A stretch of DNA of 64,000 bases from assembly GCF_006345805.1 (NCBI RefSeq), contig NC_043007.1:62930001-62994000 (forward strand), given 5' to 3'. Below the pieces are notes generated by a model. The model was not told where the DNA came from. It ran no database searches and saw only the letters and a list, made by a program, of their open reading frames with translations. Position numbers and translations under genes: made by a program. This document shows, piece by piece, positions 24,540 through 38,165 of the stretch. Origin of the DNA: Octopus sinensis. Taxonomy: Eukaryota. Position 1 is the first letter of the stretch, and each line of letters starts with the position of its first letter.

Positions 24540-27500
24540 TGTATGGAATATTCTTTTCTAAGTGTTATAATGTGAATCCTTTTTGTAGGAACTCTGTGTT
24601 CTTCCTTTTTCTTTCACTTGTACGCATGGGTTCAACCACCTGTAACAGTGTTGGTACTGGGAATGTATCATACAGCCATTCCATAGGTTCTTCTAATCTG
24701 TCTGGTCCATTTTCTATGAATCTCTTTTTCAATTGGTTTCTGTGTCTTTTTTCAATACCTTTTCTGTTTTTAATTCCCTACATCATTTTTCCTTCTTCCC
24801 AGTACTGTTTTCATTTTTATATGACCTCATGTACACCTTATTGCCAATTTTGAAAAAAATTGGGATTGTCTTTCCTGTTTGTTTTCCTTCCTCGCCATGT
24901 AACAGTTTATCAAAAACTGATTTCACCTTCCTTGCAAACATCAGCTCTGCTGGTGAGCTTCCTGTTGGTGTATTGGGATTCTGTGTCACCCGTATACACC
25001 TAGGAATTGCGACAGAACAACTTCGTCTGTGATTTCCTTGTTTGCTTTTCTCAAAGCTCTTTTAAAAATGTCCACAAAACCATTTCAGAGGTTGGTCTTT
25101 TGCACTTAACAATGTCCAGCCATTTTGTAAAACTGTCAACTACTACTAAGTAGTAGTAACCATTTAACGGACTCACAAAATCAATATGTGGTCTTGACCA
25201 TGGACTTTTTACTTCTGGCCAAGGCTCCCATTTTTGAGTAGGCAACTTTGCTGCCAGAGCACATCCTCTGCAGCCTTTTAATACATTTTCAACTTCCTTG
25301 CCCATCTACTGCCAATACACATAAGTGCTGTCATCCTTGCAATCCCCAGATGTCCAATATGGAATTCTTTCAACATTCTTTTTTATAAAGTTCCGGGTAT
25401 CACTACCTTTTGGCCATACATCGGTATGCCATCACAAGTTAAATATATGTTTACCTGTTGCTGTTTTTTCTTACTGAACCTATTTTTTGTTTCCTTCAGC
25501 TGACCATAGATTTTTTTTGTTTCATTAATGAACTTATCTTTTGACATGTCACTTTATCTCCTCTAGAGTTATTGGTAACTCTTGTACAATGTTCCACATT
25601 ATGTGTTTAATTTCTGCTTCAGCTCTTAAGGCTGCTATTACTGTGTCCTCGAATAGTTCACCATTTCTGGGTATAAATCTCAATAGGCTATCAGCATATC
25701 CTAACTTTTGTGAAGGTAGATATTCCATTGTGTAGTCATAGTTTAATAGTATGGTGTCCCATTGCTGCAACCTGTTCGCTATATATACTGGGATTCCTTT
25801 CTTGAATCCATAAATTGTTAGCAACAGGCAATACCGTCTACCATGTATAAACCTGTGGAACTTTTTATGCCAGATATAATCAACAATGCCTCTTTTTCAG
25901 TTTGGCTATAATTTTTTATGCTGGCCATAGCGTCCTTGACATGTGAGCTCTGGCCTTTTGGCTGCCATCTTCACTAGTATCTGTTGCCAGTGTCATTTCC
26001 AACTTCGGATCGAAGTGTGTAAACAACAAGTCTGAAGTTAACATGCTTTTTAGTTCCTCGAATGCCTTCTGTCATTTTTCTGACCAAAACCACTTAGCAT
26101 CTTTTTTAACAGCTCGTTTAGTGGAGACCTTGTGTTGTGTATGTTTGGGATATATTCTTGATTGTAGACTAACAATGCTTGTAACAATTTGACATTCATT
26201 GGGGCAGGCATATTCTTTATTGCTGTAACCCTTGATGGGTCTGGTCTTCATCCCCTTTCATCAATTGCTTGACCTAAATATTTGATTATTTTTTCATCAA
26301 AAATTCATTTTTCATCTGTTAGTCTAAATTCATATTCATTTATTTTTCCAAATACTTTTTTTAATATGTTCAAAGTGTTACTCCACTGACTCGCTCTTTA
26401 TCAAAATATCATTGAGATAAGTGATAGCAAAGTCGCAATCATTTAACATTGTGTCCATCACTTGTTGGAATATAGCAGGTACCACTTTTACTCCAAAAGG
26501 AAGCCACTTGAATTTATACAATCCACGGTATGCGTTGCTTGTTAAAAGGTGTGTGTAATCTTCCTCTGCCTGTATCTGCAGGTAAGCCTCCGAGAGGTCT
26601 AGCTTCCAGAAAATTTTTCCTTCATTTAGTTTTAAGAACACTTCTTCTGGGCTTGGTAATGTATAATTGTGTTTACCTAAACAGTCATTTAATTCAGTTG
26701 AAAAGTCCGCACACACTCTTTATTATTTTTATTCTTTACATAAACCATCAGAGCTGCCCAGTCTGAATGGTTGACTTTTTTAATTATAGCTAGATTTTCT
26801 AGTCTTTCTAGCTCTTTATTAACCTGGTCCAACACTGCAAATTGTACATTCCATTTGGGCATAAAAACAGGTGTTGCCTTTTCTTTTACTGTGATCCTCG
26901 CTTTTGTTTTAGTGCAACAGCCTAATCCCTCCAAAAAACATTTGGAAACAATTTTTTAATATTTTGTCTCAGTTGTTCTACTTCATTCGAACTTTTGACC
27001 TTGCTAACTACATTTTCACAGAGAACACTAATGGGGGTATCCCACATTTTAAATAACTCCATGCATTCTGTGCCAAATAGGTTTAGTGAACACAAATGAT
27101 TGTCCTTTTCATTTCACCTAGAAAAGTAAAATTGCAAATACATTTTCCAATGAAATATAATTTCTTTCTTGTAACATCATATGCTACTTTATTTGATTTA
27201 AGTAATTTAGGTTTACCTATTTGTTGCTATGTTTCTTCATTTATGATAGTGATGGCACTACCCATGTCTTATTGCATTTTGACACTAGCTGTTTTGATTC
27301 TCGCCTTGATGGATTTTCTGTTTGTTGTACAAACTTTTTCCTCTACTGACGAACTATTTTTTTTTTCTCATTTTTCATCATCTTTGTTCTGCAGTACGAT
27401 TTAATGTCCTGTGTTCCCTCGATGAAAACACTTTGCTTTTTTGAATCGACACTCTTTTCTCAAGTGCCTTCCACCGCATGCCATACATGGGTTTATCTTC

Positions 27501-28498
27501 ACTTGTATATCGCATTTTTTGTGAAACACTTTATCCGTCTTCTGATTCTTCCACACTGGTTTTATCTGCATTGGATTTCTTCTGTATCGTGCCTTACTGT
27601 TAATATTATATCGCACTCTTCTGACAGTTTCTAAGAGAGTTATATTTTGGTTCATTTCTAGCTTTGTGAGAATTTTCACTCTGACTTCTGCATCCTTTTT
27701 AGCAATAAGTCCGTGTGCAAAAATCAGGCACTTGAACAATTCTGGAATTAGTTTATCCAGTTTAAATCTCTTGCGCTCTCTGTTCACTCTACCTGCATAT
27801 GTGGTAAAGTCTTTGTTGTCACTTTTCTCCATGTTCAAACACTTCCAACATGTGTTGAATAATGATATTATTTTCACTGAACATCTTACATAAAATGTCG
27901 AATGTGTCCATGAAATTTATGTGAGAATCTTTTTTAGGCAGTATAAAGTTACAGTATTTTAATGTTCTGTCATCGCCAGTTTCCTTAGAATTAGACGCAT
28001 TTTCATTTCGGCTGTCCAGTTTTGGCATTCGTTTTTGTTACTGAAGATTACAAGGCATATTACTGAAGATTTGTTCAAATCTTCAGTAATATGCTTCGAC
28101 AGTGACTTCTTACGGTTCATGCTTAAATTTATTTATTGAATTTACTATATGGTCTGGCAAAAATGTATTTTCTGGTTTTGTGACCAACTTCATTAGTTGT
28201 AGCATTTGTTGTTGTAACATTTGTTGTTGTTGCTGTTTTTGCAACTCAACTAACAAGTTTTCCATAATCTTACAGATTTTTTTGTAAAATATGTACAGCA
28301 AAAATGTTGAGTTTTTAATTTCTCCATGTGAAAATTTTTCAATGTCATCTGCGTGAATTGTTTACTTTTTTGTAAAAAAAATTTTTTTCAACGTTATCCA
28401 TGTGAATTGTTTATATCCTTGTTGCCACTGTTATAATGTGGATCCTCATCCATTTGTATGTTATTGCCAGCACTGTAATATTCTTGTCGCTACAATTA
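24540..28498 (-). mobile_element. Ty3/Gypsy (Mag/K02A2.6-like) internal region gag-pro-RT-RNaseH-INT, heavily frameshifted
   Basis: ORF track: gag with zinc knuckle (CMACGGRHLRKEC); RT (KLDLSEAYLQI, LPFGVK, YLNDILI); RNase H (ANRLQQWDTILLNYDY, GYADSLLR); integrase (CRGC, PWSRPHIDF, VVVDSFTKW). Confidence 0.92.
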
Positions 28499-28749
28499 TG
28501 TTGTTGCGGTATTCCATTTCTTATTACCGTTGACTTATCTATCATGCTATCACTGATAGCTCTGCAAGACAGTGACTTTGAGATGTTTACCTAGCCCGTA
28601 ACTCAGACTTGTATATATCATGTAACTGACACTAACTCCATCCAAAAACTCATATGACTCTACTACTTGCTATGACTGAATGACTGTCTGACTTTATAAT
28701 GGCTTATCATACCACTTTGTCACAAGGGTGTACTATTTTCACTACAACA
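28499..28749 (-). mobile_element. 5' LTR of the Gypsy element (251 bp)
   Basis: TGTTGT...ACAACA terminal inverted repeat. The minus strand continues 6 nt later into a PBS-like TAGCGACAAGAAT (28480-28492). No second LTR was found to confirm the boundaries. Confidence 0.7.
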
Positions 28750-29490
28750 CTAAGATGTGTCGTTTGAGGAAGATTTGGCTGCTATTTTTGCAGGTCAAGT
28801 GACTACCTAAAGGCTCATACTGTAGTGTAATAAAAATAACAGTTGAATGTGCATGAGTTACTATTTGAATGTGAGTGCATTGAGGAAGTAAAAGGATATT
28901 GGCAGCAATTGCTCAAGACTATTATTATTTTAAGAACAGGTAATGCTTATGTACGATGCCTATTGAGATGGAAATGTGTATACTTGAGGATAGCAGGAGT
29001 AGAAAGGGAGTAAGAATTCAACTATAGTTAATATGCTTATAATAATGTTATGCACCATAAGTTAACTCTAGTTAGAAACAGCAGGACATACACTATTGTA
29101 CCTAATTGCATTCTCAGTTTGCTAAATGAAATATTAATCCAACAAGGGAGGATTCAAATAAGCTTAATAGTTTACACAGCACTTGACAAAATTGCATTCT
29201 ATATTTACAGTTAAATCATTTGCCCTGAAGTTAGTTGGCTTTGCAATTTTGTCATTTTTTCGGTCAATAAAGTGATGCTAGTTTCATGCTTGGGTATGAA
29301 AAGTAAAGACAATTCATATTAAAAATAGGACGTTTGCTTAATAATTAAATATGTATTAGAAGTCAAAATAGAGTAAGACAAATGTTACCCATCTTGACTT
29401 GTTCATAAAAGATAATGAAAGGGGCACCTTTAGTTAATCCTTAACCAAGTGTTATTTTGAAATAGATAGCTTTTCTGAGTTTTTTTATTA

Positions 29491-29702
29491 TTTACTCTCT
29501 TTTACTTGTTTCAGTCATTTGACTACAGCCATGCTGGACCACCACCTTTAGTCGAGCGAATTGACCCTAGGACTTATTCTTTGTAAGCCTAGTACTTATT
29601 CTATCGGTCTCTTTTGCCAAACCACTAAGTTACAAGGACGTAAACACACCAGCATCGGTTGTCAAGCTATGTTGGGGAAACAAGCATATACACACACATA
29701 CG

Positions 29703-29742
<40 letters not shown>

Positions 29743-29925
29743 TACACACACACACACATATACGACAGGCTTCTTTCAGTTTCTGTCTACCAAATCCACT
29801 CACAAGGCTTTGGTTGGCCCGAGGCTATAGTAGAAGATACTTGCCCAAGGTGCCATACAGTGGGATTGAACCTGGAACTGTGTGGTTGGTAAGCAAGCTA
29901 CTTAGCACACAGCCACTCCTGTGCC
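29491..29925 (-). mobile_element. tRNA-derived SINE, full length, with internal (TA)/(CA) microsatellite
   Basis: B-box-like GGTTCAATCCC in the head; tail ...AAATGACTGAAACAAGTAAAAGAGAG; collinear with 31401-31788. Confidence 0.92.
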
Positions 29926-30278
29926 TAAAATCTATTGTAATACAAAGGTTCTCTATGCAATAATTTTAAAAACTACTTTGTACTTCAAAATGTTTTAAGA
30001 GGTGTGTTTGCAAATGGAAATGTTAGATCTGTTTACTAAGAAAATGTTTTAAAGGACAACTAGGAAACCTTAGATACATTTTCTTTCAATTTTTAGAATT
30101 TTTTCTACAAAATTGTTGTGGTTCACTGTTAGGAAATGATTTTAAACACTATATTTTATTCCAAAAAGACTTGCTGCTCTTGGCAAATGTTGGGTAACCA
30201 TAGCAATAATTTTCTTCATGGTTTGATGACAAGGGAATAATAGTATGCAACAATTCTTACTTAGAGTTATATGTAGTA

Positions 30279-30485
30279 AGACTTTTGTTATCATACTTCT
30301 ATTGAAATATACTGTTTGTGTTCCAGTTAAGTTTGAAAATATTGAAGAATTTAATACTTTGTCATTAATAAGATGATGATTAACACGAAATTTTGGTGGA
30401 AGGTTTTAATTTAGATCATTTTAAAATATGAAATGGTTTTATATAGCCAGCGGCAGTCTCGGATGAATTGATATCAAAAGAATTA
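30279..30485. mobile_element. Decayed piggyBac-type MITE, family 2
   Basis: Similar to 35750-35971 and to the ends of 61986-63055; TIRs eroded. Confidence 0.5.
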
Positions 30486-31400
30486 AAATTCCAAGACTGC
30501 ATATTTTGTTAAAAGGTTCATAAAACGCCCCTGGTATACTTAGATTACTTGTGCATTTCATACATACTTGTGGACATGCAAGTGTGTATACCAACACGCA
30601 CACCACATGTCAACACACACACTAAGCATTCTCTAGTATTACCAAACAATTATTGTTACCAAAATTGAATCCAAAACATGCTCAGGATATTCTCCTGCTT
30701 TATGCTATTATAAATTAAACAAAATTGAACTAAGAGAAATAACTCAAAATGGCCAGTAGCATGTATATGAACGACAGAGACAACTACAGGCATATCAAAT
30801 GCCATGCAACATAAATTCTTAGTTTATTAAAATAATCTCCATCTCTAGAAGATATGTTACAATTATCAAAATAGTAATTGAGACCAGCTCCATATAAAAA
30901 AGGGAGATAATCTCAAGAATCACAAATTATCCAAAGCTAACCTGGTCTCAACACATTCAGACACCATCTCTTTCAAAAATGAATCCAGTGCCTCAGCAGA
31001 AAAAAATATACATCACTTTAGTATGTTTAATATACATTGCTCTAGTGTTGGTTAGAGTAAAATGCACTCAGTGTACTCTGTAAAATGGTTTATTTGGAAA
31101 ATCCAAATAAATTTTGTAAGAGTCCACAACAGAAATGAATGAATGGAGGCAACATAGAGCTGTGGAGGGTTTCACTGAACTTCATAAGTACTGGTAGCAT
31201 GATAAAATATAACAACACACAATACAGTTGATTTTTCTCTGTTGCTGTGTGTGTCAGTTGACAAAACTTATGGCAATGGCTAAAATACATGAAGTTCATC
31301 CAACCCTTACTAGCATGAGAAAATTGATGATGTAACTTGGTAGTACTGTTGTAGATAATGAAATTTGTAGTTTATGGTTTGGGTTTTTTTTTGTTGTTTT

Positions 31401-31788
31401 TTCTTTTACTTGTTTGAGTCATTTGATTGTGGCCATCCTGGGGCACTGCCTTAGTTTTAGTCGAACAACTCAACCCCAGGACTTATTTTTTAAGCCTAGT
31501 ACTTATTCTATCAGTCTCTTTTGCCAAACCATTAAGTTATGGGGATGTTAACTTACTAACACCAGTTGTCAAGTGGTGGTAGGGAACAGACACTCACACA
31601 TATATGGATAATATATATACATACATACACAATGGTCTTTCAGTTTCTGTCAACCAAATCCATTCACAAGGCTTTGGTCGGTCCAAGAGTATAGTAGAAA
31701 ATACTTGCCAGAGGTGTCACACAGTGGGACTGAACCTGGTACCATGTGGCTGGGAAGCAAGCTTCTTACCACACAGCCACGCCTACAC
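31401..31788 (-). mobile_element. tRNA-derived SINE, same type as 29491
   Basis: Collinear head, body and tail. Confidence 0.9.
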
Positions 31789-32372
31789 CTTTTTTTCAAA
31801 AGTGGACAAATATGTTATCCCGCTCACACACTCACACTGCAATATTTCATAATGTATTTTTTTCTTCTTCCCTATAAGCTTCTTCTAGCACTTGCTGCCT
31901 TCATACCTCATTTGAGGGAAAATTTTGCTGTAGCTGTGTACTTGGAACACTTACCATCTGTCAGTTTTTCAGTAATCATACTGTCCTGTCAACATGGTAT
32001 TGACTTTTAATCAACTGCTTTTTCTCCATATTGAACAAAGCACTTTCCTATCAGCCTGTGAAAGTCATGACCCCCTAAATAATTTTCCTATTCACATGCC
32101 TCAGCTGGTAAGCTTTTCCTAAAAGCTATTCAGTTAAGTTTATGTATATTTTCATAGCTACTCTCAACTAGATTACAAACAAAAATTTTATATATCTCTC
32201 CTTTTATACTCATTCTGTCTCTCCTTTTTTGCTCACTTCCTCTCCTTTGATTCCTCCCTCCCTTCCTCTCTATGTAGTCTCTTCTATTCTTTCTCCTTAT
32301 CCTTTGTCTTCTCCCTCTTCTTCCTCAACAATGTTTCAAAATGTTCATTTTAGTCATTTTTAACTGATTTAA

Positions 32373-32588
32373 CCTTTTAGCATTTAAACCGGTTATATGC
32401 AGCCAAAATATCTTACCTGTCTGTGTTAAAACCAACCAGATATGGCCTCTTACATTTACCTTATACTCTTCTAAAAATAAACAATCACATCATTGAAATC
32501 TTAAAGCTACAAGATAATGCATGATTAATTCAAAACAATGTGAATAAATACGCATTACATTTGGTAGAGTAATCTGAATGCTAAAGGG
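32373..32588. mobile_element. piggyBac-type MITE, family 1 (216 bp)
   Basis: TTAA at 32369-32372 and TTGA on the right; CCTTTTAGCATT / AATGCTAAAGGG termini. Confidence 0.88.
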
Positions 32589-33782
32589 TTGAAGCTCCTT
32601 TATTAGTTGGAATAAAAGAAAAACATTGTGACTCATTTCTTTGAATCTATAAAATACTGACTGATTTGGATTAAGGTTTGCTTAATTACTACATCTAGGC
32701 CAAGTAAAAGCAAAACAAATAAAAACTGCTAGCTAAAGAAACTGGTTACTTAAATCTGCTGCATACCATTTGTTGTATATCTCTCTAAGCTGATATATTT
32801 CTTAAAATTAGATTGGCTGTATGATCTGCTAATCAAAATAGAATGTGACCTCTTTAGAGGATTACCTTCAGTAATAAAATCAGGTGGTGAATAGTTGTCA
32901 TTTGCTCAAATAGCCTCTGTGTATATTATGAGAATATTAATTTATCAATTGTTAGGCTATCTAAACATTTTAATGACAACACTAGTGTCATTTACTAATT
33001 TTTTCTTAATATGGATATTATTTATCATAGACATTAAAAATATAAATCTGCTCTGTGATACTGATGTTCTTGTTGATTTAATTTTGTATTTTGTAAGTAT
33101 GAAAGATACTATGAGAGATAGTGTTAGGAGGTAGGGGTAACTGGCTGAGGTTAATATCTTATTTGAATTCATACAGACTGGTGGGTGAAAGTAATACATT
33201 TGCAGCTAGTTTCAGGAGTATATATTCTGGAGAAAGATTAGGAAAAGTGTTTCATATATTGCCTAAAGGTGAGACAGTGGGACTATGAATTGCTTTGAGT
33301 GGGACCTTGGTCATACAGTGAGATAACTTGGTGGAGCAGGGATTTGTTGAGTCAGTAAAAGGTGAAAAAAGATGCCATTTAGTGTTAGATCTGAGGATGG
33401 TGAGTGAAAACTTTCCTATCAAGTAGATGACTATATGGGGTTATGGTTTGAGGTGGGGATCTCCATACCTGATATGTAAATAATAAATAAAATAGTGTGT
33501 AGCATAATTGAGCTTTGTTCCAGTTAGCAGATGTCAATGTAAAGTTTTGTTTCAGGTCAAGCCCTCAGATATTTTGGTGTGCCCTGAGAACTGTGAGACC
33601 TACTCTATTAGTCACCTCCATCAATACACTTCCATTAATCTTCTCTCCCAAATGTTCAGCCATTCAAGGCATTCAAATTGGTCTTTCTCTCAGCACTCTT
33701 TAAAACTTTTATTTTCTGCATTTAGCAGCTGTTTTTCTTTTCTCTCATTCTTGAGATTGATTTATAGACATAGGACATCTTG

Positions 33783-33818
<36 letters not shown>

Positions 33819-35749
33819 GTTTTCAAGAAGGAAAGGTGTTACCAGTGGTCCATAAAGCCATTGTGTAGCAGTGTATCTTCAGATTATACCTTAGTCTTTT
33901 GTTTTGATTGTATACAGTCCAAGGCAAATTTAGTTTTTTCCTGCAGCCATACACTCAGCTGCAGCTTAGATAGTAACCATACTGTATTGATGCAAATGTG
34001 TTACAGCAAGAGGCTTTCCTGTGCAAAGTAGAACTTTAATGCAGAGTTAAAAAAACTAGACTAATTATTTGATATATTAATATATCTGCTTCTCATTTTA
34101 AGTCTTACCAAGTTGAACTTTCATCTTGTTTGGTTGTATAGAATAAGCACTGTTAATCTTTTTAGTGATAAACTTTTTGCATGCTATGTACCAAAAGAAG
34201 TCTTCCAATTACTTCTATACTTGTTGGACATTTTCAGTGATAAGATTTTTATCAAGACCAAATCCACCATATGTTGTTTATGGAAATGAACAAAAATTTT
34301 ATGATCACCATTCAACTGTTGTTGATAATCATTCAGAACATTTTTTAAAGTTTATATTTTACACTCCTTTATGAAACAAGAATGTTGTGAATGTCTATAT
34401 TTTAGTGCAATACACTTTGAAGTACGCAAACATCTAAATGAAGCTGGAAGTGGAATTTTAGAACACATCCTTCTAGAAATTCAAGTGAACTTATCCATTT
34501 AAGAAACTAAGCATGGAAAAAAGGCTGTAAAAATGATGCATGGATGAGTGAAAGAGTAGATGCACATACATACACATGCACACAATTAGTTTATATGAAG
34601 CTTTGGGAGAAAAATCTATATAATTCATTCTGACTGTTTTGTTTCCATTCTCGTTTTTCCTCCCCAATTAATATATAATGTCTCTACTATGCCAGTTGAC
34701 TAATATATGAAGGTCTATTCTTTGTCTAATATAAGTGATATATATTTTTTCTAGCTGATATGGGAAATGTGCAGTTGTAAAATAATATACTAGAATTACA
34801 AATAAAAGGGAAAATGAAGCCTCTCTGAGAGAGCAGAAGTCTGATAAAAGCTGAAAAATTGATTGGTTAAAATGTCATCTAGACCCGCCCTGTCGCTAAA
34901 GACAATACAGAAACAGTTATGCTATGAATGAATAAACATCCAAACTGTTGTTTACTCATAGTTAATCAATATTTTATTTATCTCGTGCAAGTGTGATAGT
35001 CCATTGGCTTGAGATTTCCCAATCAGCTATATTTTCCAATAGGTGGATAGCCCCATTAACTAATGCTTATAAGTAATTTATTTTAATGTCTGCTACTATT
35101 ACAGTTAACATAATGTTCCATCATTGAACTTTAACTGTTTTCATTCTCTAAAAAACCGACTGCTTGTATATTATCCTTTAAATTCTCATTTTCAACATCT
35201 CTACACATGAGAACCAAGTTTATTGCTAGTGTTGAAAGCACCAGATGCTGGAGAAACTCTTGAGATATCTCTTGAAGCTTTTGTGAATTATTATCAGCTT
35301 CAGTTTTACTATTTTGACAACCAGGCTGTTAAAAACTACTAGCAATAATAACTAAGTTTTCTGGTATATTTTCACTATTTAATAATATACTTTTCTTTGT
35401 TCTAGATTTCTTCTGTCAGTTTTACTGTTTCACTGTAGGGGTTACGATGTTGCTGATAATGAAGTAGTGCATCAGATTAACCATTTTGAAACCAACTCCA
35501 CCACCTGAAAATGCTTTTGCTTATATGATATAAAATTGCTTGTTTTAATGCTCATCTTTAAATTAAAACTGTCCTTCATAATTTTATGTAAGAATCTTTT
35601 GTTTAATTATATTCCAAATAGCAGTTTAATAATTAAAAAATTATTTTAACTAGAACAGCAATAACAGTAAGATTGTGAATAAGGGAAACATAGATGTCAC
35701 AAGCCACAGTGAAGGCAATCTGTCGAGGAGGGAAGTACCTCTGAATTAA

Positions 35750-35971
35750 CCCTTTCATTACTGTATATATTTTGAGATGCTGTGTGTTTCTTTCAATTAT
35801 TTTAATATATAACAAAGAATTTAGTAAAATAACTTAGTTATCATTAAGCTAGTGTTAGGAACATAAATTGTAACTAAGGTTTGGTGAAAGATTTTAATTC
35901 AAAACTTATGAACACAAGACATATGTACTATAGAGCCAGAGCCGGTTTCAGCCGGGTTAGTAACAAAAGGG
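35750..35971. mobile_element. piggyBac-type MITE, family 2 (222 bp)
   Basis: TTAA at 35746-35749 and TGAA on the right. TIRs CCCTTTCATTACT / AGTAACAAAAGGG, near-identical to those of 61986-63055. Confidence 0.85.
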
Positions 35972-36249
35972 TGAAATATGACAATGTTGAGAGGACACTT
36001 TTAATCCTAAAACACAACTTTACTAATATTGGTAGCACAATAAAATGTACTTAATCCGTGTTGTAAACTGGTTAGTAATAGGAATGGGGGATCCAGCTAA
36101 TAAACCATAGCAAAATCATGACAGCCACAAAAATGAAAATTATACAAGGGACCAATTGTGTTTACTGGGACCACTGCAGATAATAGTAGAAGGCTAGATG
36201 GAAACTGTATCTGAGAATCAATTTTTTTCTTTTTAAATGCGGAAAATGA

Positions 36250-37594
36250 ACATCAAACAACCCACTCTCCACCCAAACTTCTCTTGTCAAATGCAAAATT
36301 TCATGGTATGATGCAAGGTAGGTTTGAGGATATTGCAGAGATGTAAGCACATATCTACTCTTCATAGACAATGAACTTGAGTATAAAATCTTGTGGGTAT
36401 ATAACAGTGTTGGACTGGTTGGAGTCAGTATTTTGATGCCAGAAAAATGGTTAGATAAAAATAATTTGTAGTATGTGATAAAATAACTAAGCTTAGGCTT
36501 GTCATAGACAATACAACAGCCACAACAATTTCTGCATATACATCCCAATCAGAACTGAAAGATGAACAAAGGTGTAGGAGTGGCTGTGTGGTAAGTAGCT
36601 TGCTTACGAACCGCATGGTTCCGGGTTCAGTCCCACTGTCATGTATGCACACTGACATTACGCAAACAGTAGACTTCATACACATCAGGAAATGGGATAG
36701 GCAACTACTATAGATATGAAATCTGTCATCATTGAACAATGTACCACACCATAAAAACTGGTGATTAATGTCTTTAAGATAAGAGCCTGAAGAGAGAGGT
36801 ATGGAAAAGTATATCTTCACCTAGACAAAGGTTTAAGGAAACACTAGTTAATGCATATAACAAAGAGGAGATAAACTTATAACATAAAGGATGATTGGGA
36901 GTTGAAAAGACAGTCTAAATCTATGGAGCAGGTGCCAGCCAAGTATAAAGTGACCTGATAGTGAAATGGTATGCTCAATAGTAGTAAAGCTAAGAAACCA
37001 GCCTAGGGAGAAAATGGGGAACAAAGAACAATATCATAACTAAAAGTAAAGTTAGATATCAAGTATACTTAGCAAGGAGAGAAGCTTAACTTAAAGATTT
37101 GTTTCTGTAATGAAGCAATTAGAAGCAAGAGATGTTCCACATTGCAAATCAGTGTATCAATGTAAATCAAAATAATGGGAACCAATAAGTGACAGAGTAA
37201 TAGCAGCATATATACTTGTCATCACTGATGCTGAGAAGAAAGATGTATAAGAATCTTACAAGAGGAGTGAGAGAAAGGGGGTGGGGGAAGACTCAACAGA
37301 GGAGCCAAGTTGACAGTGATACAGTCAAAAACACAGTTATGAATATGAAGGCAGGGAAAGTAGCAGAACCTTTAGGGATAATTGCTGAAAATATCTGGCA
37401 AAGTAGAACACATGTTAGTCATTTGCATAGTCAGTCAGGGAGTGCAAGAAAGTGTCACATCCAATGACTGGCATAGCAGTATCATCATCAACTGTTACTA
37501 AGGCAAAAGAGATGCTCTCAAAAGAAGCAACTACAGAGCTAAGTTATGATAGTTACTGAATGTTATAGAACAACTGATTATGAAGGGAATTACT
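36250..37594 (+). mobile_element. Old RTE LINE fragment (APE endonuclease to RT start)
   Basis: Plus-strand pieces VGLVGVSILMPEKWLDK, ISAYTSQSELKDEQ, MKAGKV and NDWHSSIIINCY*GKRDALKRSNYR parallel the 14523-15503 ORF and RTE endonuclease motifs. Confidence 0.7.
36571..36638 (+). mobile_element. Isolated SINE head (68 bp) inside the RTE endonuclease fragment
   Basis: GGTGTAGGAGTGGCTGTGTGGTAAGTAGCTTGCTTACGAACCGCATGGTTCCGGGTTCAGTCCCACTG matches the 29491 head. Confidence 0.85.
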
Positions 37595-37598
37595 TTAA

Positions 37599-37816
37599 CC
37601 CTTTAACATTTAAACCAGCCATATCCACCCCAAATATCGTGTCTGTTTTATGTTCAAACTGGTTAGATCCTTCCTCTCACATCTACCTGACAATATCATT
37701 CTAATAGTAAACAATCACACCATTGAAATCTCAAAGTTATGAGATAATGCATGATGAATTCAAAAGAATCTGAATAAATAACCATTACATTTGGCAATAG
37801 TCTGAATGTTAAAGAG
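37599..37816. mobile_element. piggyBac-type MITE, family 1 (218 bp)
   Basis: TTAA at 37595-37598 and 37817-37820; CCCTTTAACATT / AATGTTAAAGAG termini. Confidence 0.88.
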
Positions 37817-37849
37817 TTAAAGAAGTGGCAGTTCATGTTTTCTAGATTT

Positions 37850-38165
37850 AATCCTACAAGTGTCTCCTACTAAAGCCCAGGCCAACCAATATATTGTGAG
37901 TGAATTTGGTAGACAGAGCTGCTACAGGGAAGTTCATTATGTGTGATTTGTATTTGTTACTCTCCATAAATTGCCTTTATGTTAACTCTTTAACAACTGG
38001 CATTGACTGTATACTCTTTCATTACTTAGCAGATTGAGGAAAAGACACTGATTAGAATAAATGCTGGGCTTAAATAAATTCTGGGTATCAATTTGGTCAA
38101 TAAAATCCTTCAAGGCAATGCCCTAGCATGATTGCAATCCAATGTCTGAAACCAGTACAAAAGTG
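37850..38165 (+). mobile_element. Decayed SINE
   Basis: AAGCCCAGGCCAACC...GTGAGTGAATTTGGTAGAC head and AAGGCAATGCCCTAGCATG...AATGTCTGAAAC tail. Confidence 0.6.

Noticed and set aside
24500-24545. GACAACA as the end of a Gypsy 3' LTR
   Set aside because: Similarity to the 5' LTR stops after 6 nt and there is no clear polypurine tract.
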